Shown: positions 8,847-16,591 of the stretch, one piece after another
How the letters are laid out: each line of letters opens with the position of its first letter
Numbering within the stretch: the first letter of the stretch is position 1
Assembly (NCBI GenBank): GCA_048939245.1
Contig: JBHLPR010000032.1
Coordinates: 1 to 25,155, forward strand
Length of the DNA: 25,155 nt
Direction of reading: 5' to 3'
Source: Promethearchaeota archaeon
Lineage (GTDB): Archaea; Asgardarchaeota; Hermodarchaeia; Hermodarchaeales; Hermodarchaeaceae
The notes under the pieces: model-generated
Told to the model about the DNA's origin: nothing
Seen by the model: only the letters and a program-made list of their open reading frames with translations
Databases searched by the model: none
Translations under genes and position numbers: made by a program

Positions 8847-9296
8847 ATGCTTAATTTTAGCTACCTAATCCCTGGGGTTCTCGCTGGTTCCAGCCTACCT
8901 CGTGGACGCAAAGACCTTGAGCACCTCGTTACTGAAGGCATCAAAGTACTTGTCACCGCTATGGAAGATACTCTTAATACGGCGCTCGTTGAAGAAGTGG
9001 GGCTTGAATACCATTACTTTCCGATCCTTCCTTATGGCACACCATCACTAAAACAAATCAACGAATTCGTCGACTTAGTCAATACGAATCGTGCGAAGAA
9101 TCGACCGATCGCAATTCATTGTTACATGGGTTGGGGTAGAACTGGAACTTTACTTGCCGCATATCTGATTAGTGAAGGCATGGGGACGGATGAGGCTATT
9201 GCAGAAGTACGCGATAAGCGTCCTGGGTCTATTGAAACTTTTGGACAAGAGCAAATTCTTCACATGTTTGAGCAAAGCTTGGTCCATCGAAAATAA
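8847..9296 (+). CDS. Dual-specificity protein phosphatase family (Cys-based PTP fold)
   Basis: Active-site loop IHCYMGWGRTGT (HCxxGxGRT), N-terminal LAGSSLP and C-terminal AIAEVRDKRPGSIETFGQ. Confidence 0.92.
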   Translation: MLNFSYLIPGVLAGSSLPRGRKDLEHLVTEGIKVLVTAMEDTLNTALVEEVGLEYHYFPILPYGTPSLKQINEFVDLVNTNRAKNRPIAIHCYMGWGRTGTLLAAYLISEGMGTDEAIAEVRDKRPGSIETFGQEQILHMFEQSLVHRK

Positions 9297-9311
9297 CGAG
9301 GCTCCTCTGAT

Positions 9312-10310
9312 TCAATGCTGATGACTATGCCCATTTGGGTCTGTCGATGGAACGAAACATGCCTGTTCATAATAAGGCTCAACAGCAAGACATTCGACCT
9401 GAATCGTAGTATGTTCAATCCCGTGTTCTTCACAAAGAAACTTATTCACTGAATCGATAAGGTTTCGAGTAGCACTTACTGAGCAATCCTCCGATATATT
9501 CAGATGCATGGACAAACAATAAATTCCTGAGGTAAGTTCCCAAAGATGTACATCATGAACATGATGAATTTCTGGGAAACGAACTTTGATTTCTTTCTCG
9601 AGTTCATCAATATCATAGCCCTGAGGTGCTGACTGAAGGAGAATTGCTGTCGTTGTGCGTATGAGTTGAATTCCCCACATAAGGATGATTATCGCGATGA
9701 AGAAGCTTACAATCGGATCAATGAATACCCAGCCTGTGAACAAAATAAGGAGCGCAGCAATGATTACTCCGATTGAGGAGAAAGTATCACTGATTACATG
9801 AAGGAAGGCACCCTTGACATTATGATCCCCTTGACTGCTTCCTTGAAGTAGAACCATCGTTGCGAGATTCACAAGAAATCCCAGGATAGCAACAAGAAGG
9901 AGTTCCAGAGCTGCCACTGGTACCGGGTTAATCAAACGTTGGATGGCTTCAAGGAGAATAAAAATACTGACTATGATAACAAAAATGGCGTTAAACAAAC
10001 CTCCAAGGATTTCAACCCGGTAATAACCAAAGGTATACCGTCGAGGTGCTGAACGAGTAGCGATAATGATCGCTGCTAATGCAATTAGGAGAGCAAGAAA
10101 GTGGGAAAGCATGTGCCCAGCATCACTAATTATGGCAAGGCTTCCGGTGAGTATACCGCCGATTAACTCAACCCCCATCATAGAACCCGTTAAAAAGAGT
10201 CCCAGTAGAAGCCGCTGTCTAGCGATTCTCCGATATACGCGGGAATCACCTTCTCGGTGTTCAAAATGATGTCCATGTCCAGGCGGGGGTCGCATCTCTT
10301 CAGTTTCCAT
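9312..10310 (-). CDS. Cation diffusion facilitator (CDF) metal efflux transporter
   Basis: SLAIISDAGHMLSH, YTFGYYRVEILG, NVKGAFLHVISD, VHDVHLWEL and GIEHTTIQVE; about six TM segments; His-rich N- and C-termini. Start taken at METEEM (10310). Confidence 0.92.
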   Translation of the reverse strand: METEEMRPPPGHGHHFEHREGDSRVYRRIARQRLLLGLFLTGSMMGVELIGGILTGSLAIISDAGHMLSHFLALLIALAAIIIATRSAPRRYTFGYYRVEILGGLFNAIFVIIVSIFILLEAIQRLINPVPVAALELLLVAILGFLVNLATMVLLQGSSQGDHNVKGAFLHVISDTFSSIGVIIAALLILFTGWVFIDPIVSFFIAIIILMWGIQLIRTTTAILLQSAPQGYDIDELEKEIKVRFPEIHHVHDVHLWELTSGIYCLSMHLNISEDCSVSATRNLIDSVNKFLCEEHGIEHTTIQVECLAVEPYYEQACFVPSTDPNGHSHQH

Positions 10311-10422
10311 AATACTACACAGTATCTTTCGTGAAGAATGCAAAAGGTGTCTTTTTACCATTCCTCATTAACTGTTCATCTACTCGGTACTTTGAATCAG
10401 AGATGAGAAAATGAAAGAATTG

Positions 10423-11835
10423 TTAATCTTCCTTCCACTTCCCTTCGCCGATATACTGGCTAATACCACTGGAATCCTTTGGTCCCACTTTAACAGTCCA
10501 CTTACTTGCCTCTTCCGTTTCACCACTAAGGCGGGCTGCCATACCCGGACTGATTAGAATACGATGTTTTACTTTATTCTCGATTCCCGATTCTTTGATG
10601 GCTTCAGCAACCCCATCGGCTGTTAATTTCCGTCCTGCAACAGCGGATTGAATGCTGAGCCCCTCTGTATCCACTACCAGAAGATAGGCATCAATTCCTG
10701 CCTGTTTAATGTCACTTTCCACTGTGAAATAGGTCAGAGCAAAATTCGATGTATACATTACAGGTGAGTCCTCGTTTGGCGAACCGAATTCGCGCAATCC
10801 CGCTTCAACGGCAACTGGTTTCACTGGATCCGTATAGAGGTTGGTTCGAAGAAATGTGAGCGGTAATGTAACCCACATGTCTAAGCTGTGTAGCACCAGG
10901 ATGTCAGCATAGCGGATGATTGTAGATGCACCTGCAAGGGTTTCTTGCCATTTGGCCAGTTCTTCTGCTTCGCCTTCTTTATGATCTCCCCAGACTGAGA
11001 TGGGCGAGGCTAATAATGGAAAACCAACTCCTTCATCGCCTTCGCGTGTTGCGGCTCGACGAAGCATGGTGAAATCGTCAACAGTAGCGCCAAGTGCGGC
11101 TCCAAATTCATTCCCCGGATCGAGAACCACGTCGATACCCATTTGACTCAAGGTCGTAGCCAGGGATTTGAGTGTATCTAACTCGCCTGGAGCATAAACT
11201 ACTAACGGGCATTGGTGGGTCAACGCCACGTCAGAGAGTACCTGCCAGGTGTCTTTCGTTGCGGCATACAGTAATGGACGTTTGCCTTGAAGGGCTTCGG
11301 CACCTGCAGCTAAGACTTGGGGGTTAAGTGAACAGAGCATAATTGGCCAATGGGTCAACTCGCCTAGCCGTTTTGCTGCGCTTGCGAATTTTTTTGGGTC
11401 GCCCGATACAGAGCGTAAGGCAATGCCGTCGAGTGTAAGCTCCATACCTATGTACCTATATGTCCATTCTTCGATAGCTTTCACGCGTTTCTTCATTTCT
11501 TCAGCAGATGCAGTATCTGCTACATCCACAAAGAATGCAGTAGGGTGCAGATATCGAAGGTCATGGCGGTACAGAACTAGCTCTCCCCCAATCAAGACCT
11601 TCTTCTCCCCCATACCAATTTGAACCTCTCTTACTGGAGGTCGCATGAGTTCTTCGAGTTTTTCGCGCTTGTTAGCATATTGTCTTTCCCGATACAATGG
11701 GGTACACGCTTTGATGCCGATTGTGTATTCTGCGGCCTTGGTGGCAAAGGCCATACAATTTGCTTCACCGCATTCACCACAATTAGTCTGGGGGAGCAGC
11801 GGATAGATATCCATTGGTCCTGCACGTTTCGCCAT
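10423..11835 (-). CDS. cdhE: Acetyl-CoA decarbonylase/synthase complex gamma subunit (corrinoid Fe-S protein large subunit)
   Basis: N-terminal 4Fe-4S motif LPQTNCGECGEANCMAFA..C (C-x2-C-x4-C-x16-C), IGGELVLYRH, LYTDPVKP, SNFALTYFTVESD, DTEGLSIQSAVAGRKL and VKVGPKDSS. SD GAGGTG upstream. Confidence 0.95.
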   Translation of the reverse strand: MAKRAGPMDIYPLLPQTNCGECGEANCMAFATKAAEYTIGIKACTPLYRERQYANKREKLEELMRPPVREVQIGMGEKKVLIGGELVLYRHDLRYLHPTAFFVDVADTASAEEMKKRVKAIEEWTYRYIGMELTLDGIALRSVSGDPKKFASAAKRLGELTHWPIMLCSLNPQVLAAGAEALQGKRPLLYAATKDTWQVLSDVALTHQCPLVVYAPGELDTLKSLATTLSQMGIDVVLDPGNEFGAALGATVDDFTMLRRAATREGDEGVGFPLLASPISVWGDHKEGEAEELAKWQETLAGASTIIRYADILVLHSLDMWVTLPLTFLRTNLYTDPVKPVAVEAGLREFGSPNEDSPVMYTSNFALTYFTVESDIKQAGIDAYLLVVDTEGLSIQSAVAGRKLTADGVAEAIKESGIENKVKHRILISPGMAARLSGETEEASKWTVKVGPKDSSGISQYIGEGKWKED

Positions 11836-11990
11836 AAGAACACCTCATGTATTCTAAGTAGGCATCAGATATGCCGAGTTTAGATAATTAGCTTTTTTGC
11901 ATCAGTCAGTACAAATGTACTTCTAGCTGTTGATACTTCCCACAACAGCCATATTCTAGATGAAATAGACCGCATTCCCCGCCAATTTTT

Positions 11991-12015
11991 TTACAGATCT
12001 ATAAAGCATCTGTAA
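11991..12015. repeat. Perfect 8-bp inverted repeat TTACAGAT-N9-ATCTGTAA in the intergenic region upstream of cdhE
   Basis: Read directly from the sequence (11991-11998 / 12008-12015); function unknown. Confidence 0.6.
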
Positions 12016-12160
12016 CCGCCGAATAGCGAGGGAAGCTCGTAATCATTCTCATTGATTGAAGTGAAACAATTCAAGATATTCTGCGTTTTGATAAATAGGT
12101 ACAAAACTACTATAGTATTTGAGCCTATGTTGTTTATTATCAGATTTTGAAGATTATTTT

Positions 12161-12844
12161 TTAATCCGCTATTGCCAAAACTACTATGTATTCTATAGGT
12201 AGAAAAAATAAGACGTGTATAAAGGAGAAAGTAGTGAGACAAACAAAGATTCGTAGAAATAATTGTGCTTGAGAGAGAGTCCCCTTAAACGCATTGAATC
12301 CGAAACTACCGAGTATGGATATGACCAGATTTATGGCGAATCGGAATGCTAATGAGATAAGAAGCCATTGCTGCATTATCGGCTGGTTACTCATAAACTG
12401 CTCATAAAGCTGAAATTCTTCTGGTCCAGGTAGGGTGATATGAGGGTGAAAGGGAATCGTAAGAGCTTCTATCGCGACGATGATCATTCCGCCCATGAAC
12501 GCGTATCCCAAGGGGGAAGCGATTTTCTTCCATGACGGCAAGTCGTATGCTACTTTAAACAACTGGCTGATCAACGACCAACCCCCCAGTAAAAGGAATA
12601 ATCCGATAATCGTTCTCTCGAGAATGGTCCTGTTAAGCATAATTTGAATCCACACTCCATATCGGCCAAGCAAGGTAAAATAGGTCGTCGAACTAACCAC
12701 AAACACTATGGCATTCACGAGGTAGAAGCTAATTATTGCAGCAACTGCTCCGATTAGATCTAAATGTTCAGCAATCTCTTGAAAGATATTGCGGGGTCGT
12801 AGAAGAGCCCCAACCATTCGCAAAGGTATTTTCTTTTTCTCCAA
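12161..12844 (-). CDS. YIP1-like multi-pass membrane protein
   Basis: N-terminal GALLRPRNIFQEIAE pattern typical of YIP1 families, then about 5 TM segments and a LGYA motif. Start moved to TTG 12844 (GGGGG upstream) because a TATA box lies inside the longer ORF call. Confidence 0.55.
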   Translation of the reverse strand: MEKKKIPLRMVGALLRPRNIFQEIAEHLDLIGAVAAIISFYLVNAIVFVVSSTTYFTLLGRYGVWIQIMLNRTILERTIIGLFLLLGGWSLISQLFKVAYDLPSWKKIASPLGYAFMGGMIIVAIEALTIPFHPHITLPGPEEFQLYEQFMSNQPIMQQWLLISLAFRFAINLVISILGSFGFNAFKGTLSQAQLFLRIFVCLTTFSFIHVLFFLPIEYIVVLAIAD

Positions 12845-12873
12845 TAAAATTCCCCCGTGTTCTTTTTGCCTAG

Positions 12874-12890
12874 CGTTATATATAAAACTT
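12874..12890 (-). promoter_or_regulatory. Putative archaeal TATA-box promoter of the YIP1-like gene
   Basis: The minus strand reads AAGTTTTATATATAACG about 35 nt upstream of the proposed TTG start. Confidence 0.5.
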
Positions 12891-13087
12891 ACTGAATTTA
12901 CGTTTAATACAGTGAATTTATTATTCGCACAAGCCATTTAGGAATATTCACTGATCGATAAACAACTATTAGTCCTCAATATCTGATAGCTATCACTCGA
13001 ATTTGAAATTTTTTTGCAAATGTAATAGAATTTGCTTTTGCACTCTTTCATAGTGAAATGAAAAAAGACGAATTTTTAGTAGACTTT

Positions 13088-13855
13088 CTACTGTATGAAC
13101 TGCTCTTGAATGATACGTTCTTCGAGTGAATGCCCTTCATCGAATAGGACCTTAACAAATTGAGACCGATCTTCTTGCACATGAACCGAAATGGGGTATT
13201 TCACTTCATCAAAGTCCGCTGAAACGGAGACCGGTCGATTTTTCGGATTTAATATTTCGAAATCCACTTTCGCCGTTTGGGGGAGTAAAGCCCCGTTCCA
13301 ACGTCGGGGACGGAAGGGATTAAGGGGAGTCAACGCCAAAACATTCGATCCAATGGGGATAATTGGGCCTCGAGCTGAGAGATTATACGCTGTACTACCA
13401 GCAGGCGTAGCGACAAGAATACCATCGCAAATGAGATTTTCTAGCCGAACCTTGCCATTAATTGAAATGCGGATATGCGCAGATTGTTGGGCTTGTCGTA
13501 TAATCGCAACTTCATTAAATCCAATCGCTTCGTATTTTTTCTTATCTGCTGTCTGAGCCGTCATTCTTAATGGATAGATTTGCTCTTCCTTCGCCACTTG
13601 AATTCGAGCAAGAAGCCCTTCTTCTTGGTATTTGTTCAACAGGAACCCGATGGTTCCCCGATTCATGCCATAGATTCGGACATCTTGATTGACAAATTTA
13701 TGGAAACAGCGAAGCATGAACCCATCACCCCCAAGTGCAACAACGATTTCAGCTTCTTTCACTGGAACGAAATCATATCGCGTTTTCAATACTTTATACG
13801 CCTCGAGGGCTCGGGGCGTGTCAGAATGAATGCAAGCAATCTGCTGCGAGGACAT
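13088..13855 (-). CDS. nadK: NAD kinase
   Basis: VALGGDGFML, YGMNRGTIGFL, NEV, CDGILVATPAGSTAYNLSARGP and LALTP. Probable start MSSQQ at 13855. Confidence 0.95.
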   Translation of the reverse strand: MSSQQIACIHSDTPRALEAYKVLKTRYDFVPVKEAEIVVALGGDGFMLRCFHKFVNQDVRIYGMNRGTIGFLLNKYQEEGLLARIQVAKEEQIYPLRMTAQTADKKKYEAIGFNEVAIIRQAQQSAHIRISINGKVRLENLICDGILVATPAGSTAYNLSARGPIIPIGSNVLALTPLNPFRPRRWNGALLPQTAKVDFEILNPKNRPVSVSADFDEVKYPISVHVQEDRSQFVKVLFDEGHSLEERIIQEQFIQ

Positions 13856-14001
13856 CGTGATTCCCAATATTGTCTGTAGTTTGAAGATAATAGACTTGCC
13901 AACCATAAAGGTTGCTCATGAATGGCAATAGAGAGATAACATAAAATCTTTGAGTTCTCACAGAATTATACAACTCCTAGTAAAATCCTGACGTGAAATG
14001 T

Positions 14002-15156
14002 ATGGTGCCAGAAATCACGCAAAGTCAAGTAAATGGTTTCAGGATGGAGAGGCATTTCTTAACACAGCGGGGTTCACGATCAGATATCACGTCTGTAGTG
14101 GAAAGAGTGTGTGGAATCCAGGCTCAGATGCCAGCTGCAGCCAATCTTCAACTTTGGGCTAGAATCCATAATCTCAAGAATGAGGATGTGAATAAAGAGC
14201 TTTGGACTAAGAAAACACTACTTCGGACTTGGTGTATGCGCGGGACCGCTCATTACCTTACCTTGAAAGACTTTCCTGCTTTTCTAAAAGCAATTATTAT
14301 GCCACGTATCCCACGACATAAAGAGTGGCTCACAAAACGCGGATTGAAAGAATTCGGTGAAATCGCAAAAATCGACCCCTTTCAACACGACTTCGAAGCC
14401 ATTCTCACTACTATCTCAAAAGCCCTAGCCGCTGGTCCCGCAACACGAGAGGAAGTAGCAACGGTTGTTGCTGACGAGATTGGCCCGGAAGCTCGCCGAT
14501 GGGTGGATACAGGATACTATATTGTCACCAAGCTCCTCGCCTATGAAGGTACGGTTTGCTTTGGTCCTGACTTGAATGGCAAAGCAACATTAGTCTTAAC
14601 AAGTCAATGGCTTCCCAAACAACCTACGATAAATCAGCAAGAAGCTGAAGACACAATTCTTATGAAATACTTTCAATGCTATGGACCTGCGACCCCGCAA
14701 GATTTCTCAGCTTGGTCCGGTCTCAAGATGCAAACGATCAATCCAATCTGGGCGCGAAACCTCTCGCAATTCGCTGAAGTTGCTCTCGATAAAAAATCAC
14801 TCTGGATTTTGAAAGAGGACTATGAGGCACTACTTAACACTCAAACTGATTCACGACCTCTTCGACTTCTCCCACATTTTGATGTTTTTTTGCTTGGTCA
14901 CAAAGATAAGTATCACATCGTCGATGAAGCTCATTACAAGCAGGTGTTTAGGAAAGCAGCTTGGATTTCCCCTGTCCTGCTCTATGAGGGACGAGCTATT
15001 GGAACATGGAAACAGAAGCGCACTAGCAACAAAATCAATGTCGTAGTAGAACCTTTTGAGTCACTCACGAAATCACAAATCGAAAACATTGAGGCTGAGG
15101 CTCTACGATTAGGAGAATATTTTGATCTAATAGCTGAAGTGAAGGGAATTTCATGA
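14002..15156 (+). CDS. AlkZ-family (HTH_42 winged-helix) DNA glycosylase
   Basis: Catalytic QxQ motif (CGIQAQ), RTWCMRGTAH, YGPATPQDFSAWSGL, RLLPHFDVFLLGHKD and GRAIGTWK. Confidence 0.88.
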   Translation: MVPEITQSQVNGFRMERHFLTQRGSRSDITSVVERVCGIQAQMPAAANLQLWARIHNLKNEDVNKELWTKKTLLRTWCMRGTAHYLTLKDFPAFLKAIIMPRIPRHKEWLTKRGLKEFGEIAKIDPFQHDFEAILTTISKALAAGPATREEVATVVADEIGPEARRWVDTGYYIVTKLLAYEGTVCFGPDLNGKATLVLTSQWLPKQPTINQQEAEDTILMKYFQCYGPATPQDFSAWSGLKMQTINPIWARNLSQFAEVALDKKSLWILKEDYEALLNTQTDSRPLRLLPHFDVFLLGHKDKYHIVDEAHYKQVFRKAAWISPVLLYEGRAIGTWKQKRTSNKINVVVEPFESLTKSQIENIEAEALRLGEYFDLIAEVKGIS

Positions 15157-15551
15157 AACCTTTTGATGAGTTCAGTTATCGGATTCGAGTTCGCCGTGGT
15201 GAATTATGGGAAAGAAAAGCCTACCTTGACTTCTTCATGAAGACATAGTGTCTTTTACCGATGATTGAATGGCATGCTCGCGTCACTCACGATCAAGACT
15301 ACGACACTTGGTTCGGTGGACGCTTCCTTGAACGATGCTTGGATCTCCGCATTATTACCGAACTCCGGAGTGCTTTTACACATTATGAAGAAGAGGATGT
15401 TTGGTACGCTCTTAGTATTACTATGCAACTTTTTCGTTGGATCGCCAAAGAAGTCTCAGAGAAATTAGATTACAGTTATCCTAAAGACGCTGATCAGTTC
15501 GCTAGCCGATGGGTTGATGCAGCCTATTGGGATCGGGAGCTGAATGATTAG
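15153..15551 (+). pseudogene. Truncated aminoglycoside 6-adenylyltransferase (AadK/ANT(6)-like) C-terminal domain with an in-frame TAG
   Basis: In-frame translation MKPFDEFSYRIRVRRGELWERKAYLDFFMKT*CLLPMIEWHAR...YDTWFGGRFLE...LFRWIAKEVSEKLDYSYP. The family motifs RRGELW and MIEWH flank the TAG at 15246-15248. The N-terminal nucleotidyltransferase domain is absent. Confidence 0.75.
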
Positions 15552-16591
15552 AAGCGTCGTGGCTTCTTCGGATAGGCTTGGAAAGGGGTTCTGGGTTCTA
15601 AACTTAACCAGTCGGTTTTCTGATCCAATCGTGATAGGGACCGGAGTAAATCAAATGTCACCCAGCGTGATACTTCAGGGTGCTGTTGATATTCCCAAAG
15701 GCCATAAGGTCCTTGTAAATCCTTGACAAACTTCACGATATCTGCAATACGGGCATCTTCGAGATTTGCTTCAATCCGCCAAGACAAATCCAATATCTGC
15801 CCTACATCATATCTCTTGAAATATGTGAAGCCACCACGTGGCGGTTCCGCTCCCACAATTCGTGCTACTTCAAAGCCAAGTGTATGAGCTTGTCGTTGTT
15901 CTTGAGCAAGGAGTTTATCTAACCCCCGCTGTGCTGATTCACTAGTCCGACGGGTTGGATGTAAGGCCAATGCACTCACGGCTGCAGTGGTGTTAGTTCG
16001 ACACCCGAATTTTGAATGGGGGAGTCGTCGATAACCCGCTGAAAAAATGAATTCTTCTTTATGACGCCCCGATGGCCACCCTCCATCTGGAAGCTCCTCG
16101 CGAAGCAGCCATTCATACGCTGCTTCAGCCCGCCTATCTGTTGCATAGCCAGCCCAAGCTAAACCTAATAATGGCAAAGCTGTTTGGAGCGGCATGGCAT
16201 GGTATTTAACATCAGCTGCCTTTCCTCCATCTAGAACAGCGCCTTGGGTAATCAATGGAAAGGCACCATCAGCTTCTTGCTGAGCAAAGAGATATTCAGC
16301 CCCCTTCATTACCGAGGGTGATTCGGGACCTAATCCAAAATAGCCCAATCCCATGAGTGCTTGAGCCGTCATTCGGATTCGACCCAGGATAGCCCCTCCC
16401 CCTTCTCCACTTCTGAATGACCCATCCTTTTCCTGCAATGCAAGAAACTTCTCAACCATAGGATCTGCGGATTGGAGCTTTTTCAGTTCTTGGATTTCCT
16501 CATCGGAATCAGGGCGGTTTAAGAGGTCGCGTAGTACTAGCAGGCGAAGACTTGGCGATGGATCAGCAAGTAGTAACGGAATCCATGTCAT
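15548..16591 (-). CDS. Prenyltransferase/squalene-oxidase repeat (alpha/alpha toroid) protein
   Basis: QW-like repeats LQEKDGSF, QQEADGAF, ELPDGGW and LQGPYGLW; C-terminal SRWVT. No DxDD cyclase motif. ATGA overlap with the UvrA-like gene. Confidence 0.7.
   Translation of the reverse strand: MTWIPLLLADPSPSLRLLVLRDLLNRPDSDEEIQELKKLQSADPMVEKFLALQEKDGSFRSGEGGGAILGRIRMTAQALMGLGYFGLGPESPSVMKGAEYLFAQQEADGAFPLITQGAVLDGGKAADVKYHAMPLQTALPLLGLAWAGYATDRRAEAAYEWLLREELPDGGWPSGRHKEEFIFSAGYRRLPHSKFGCRTNTTAAVSALALHPTRRTSESAQRGLDKLLAQEQRQAHTLGFEVARIVGAEPPRGGFTYFKRYDVGQILDLSWRIEANLEDARIADIVKFVKDLQGPYGLWEYQQHPEVSRWVTFDLLRSLSRLDQKTDWLSLEPRTPFQAYPKKPRRF

Noticed and set aside
3243-9296. Four consecutive genes all in the same reading frame (giant readthrough polyprotein)
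   Set aside because: The spacer after the PAS gene contains additional TAG and TAA stops and the barrel gene ends in TAA; compatible with chance.
11920-11990. Cobalamin riboswitch upstream of cdhE (minus strand has GGGGAATGCGGT and GGGAAG)
   Set aside because: The other conserved elements (pairing CCC(G) segment, GCCACTG, B12 box) are not present; only short motif coincidences.
12984-12995. 12-bp palindrome TGATAGCTATCA
   Set aside because: Single occurrence with no second copy or regulator nearby; about what chance gives in 25 kb.
15548-16591. Squalene-hopene/triterpene cyclase
   Set aside because: About half the expected length and no DxDD protonation motif.
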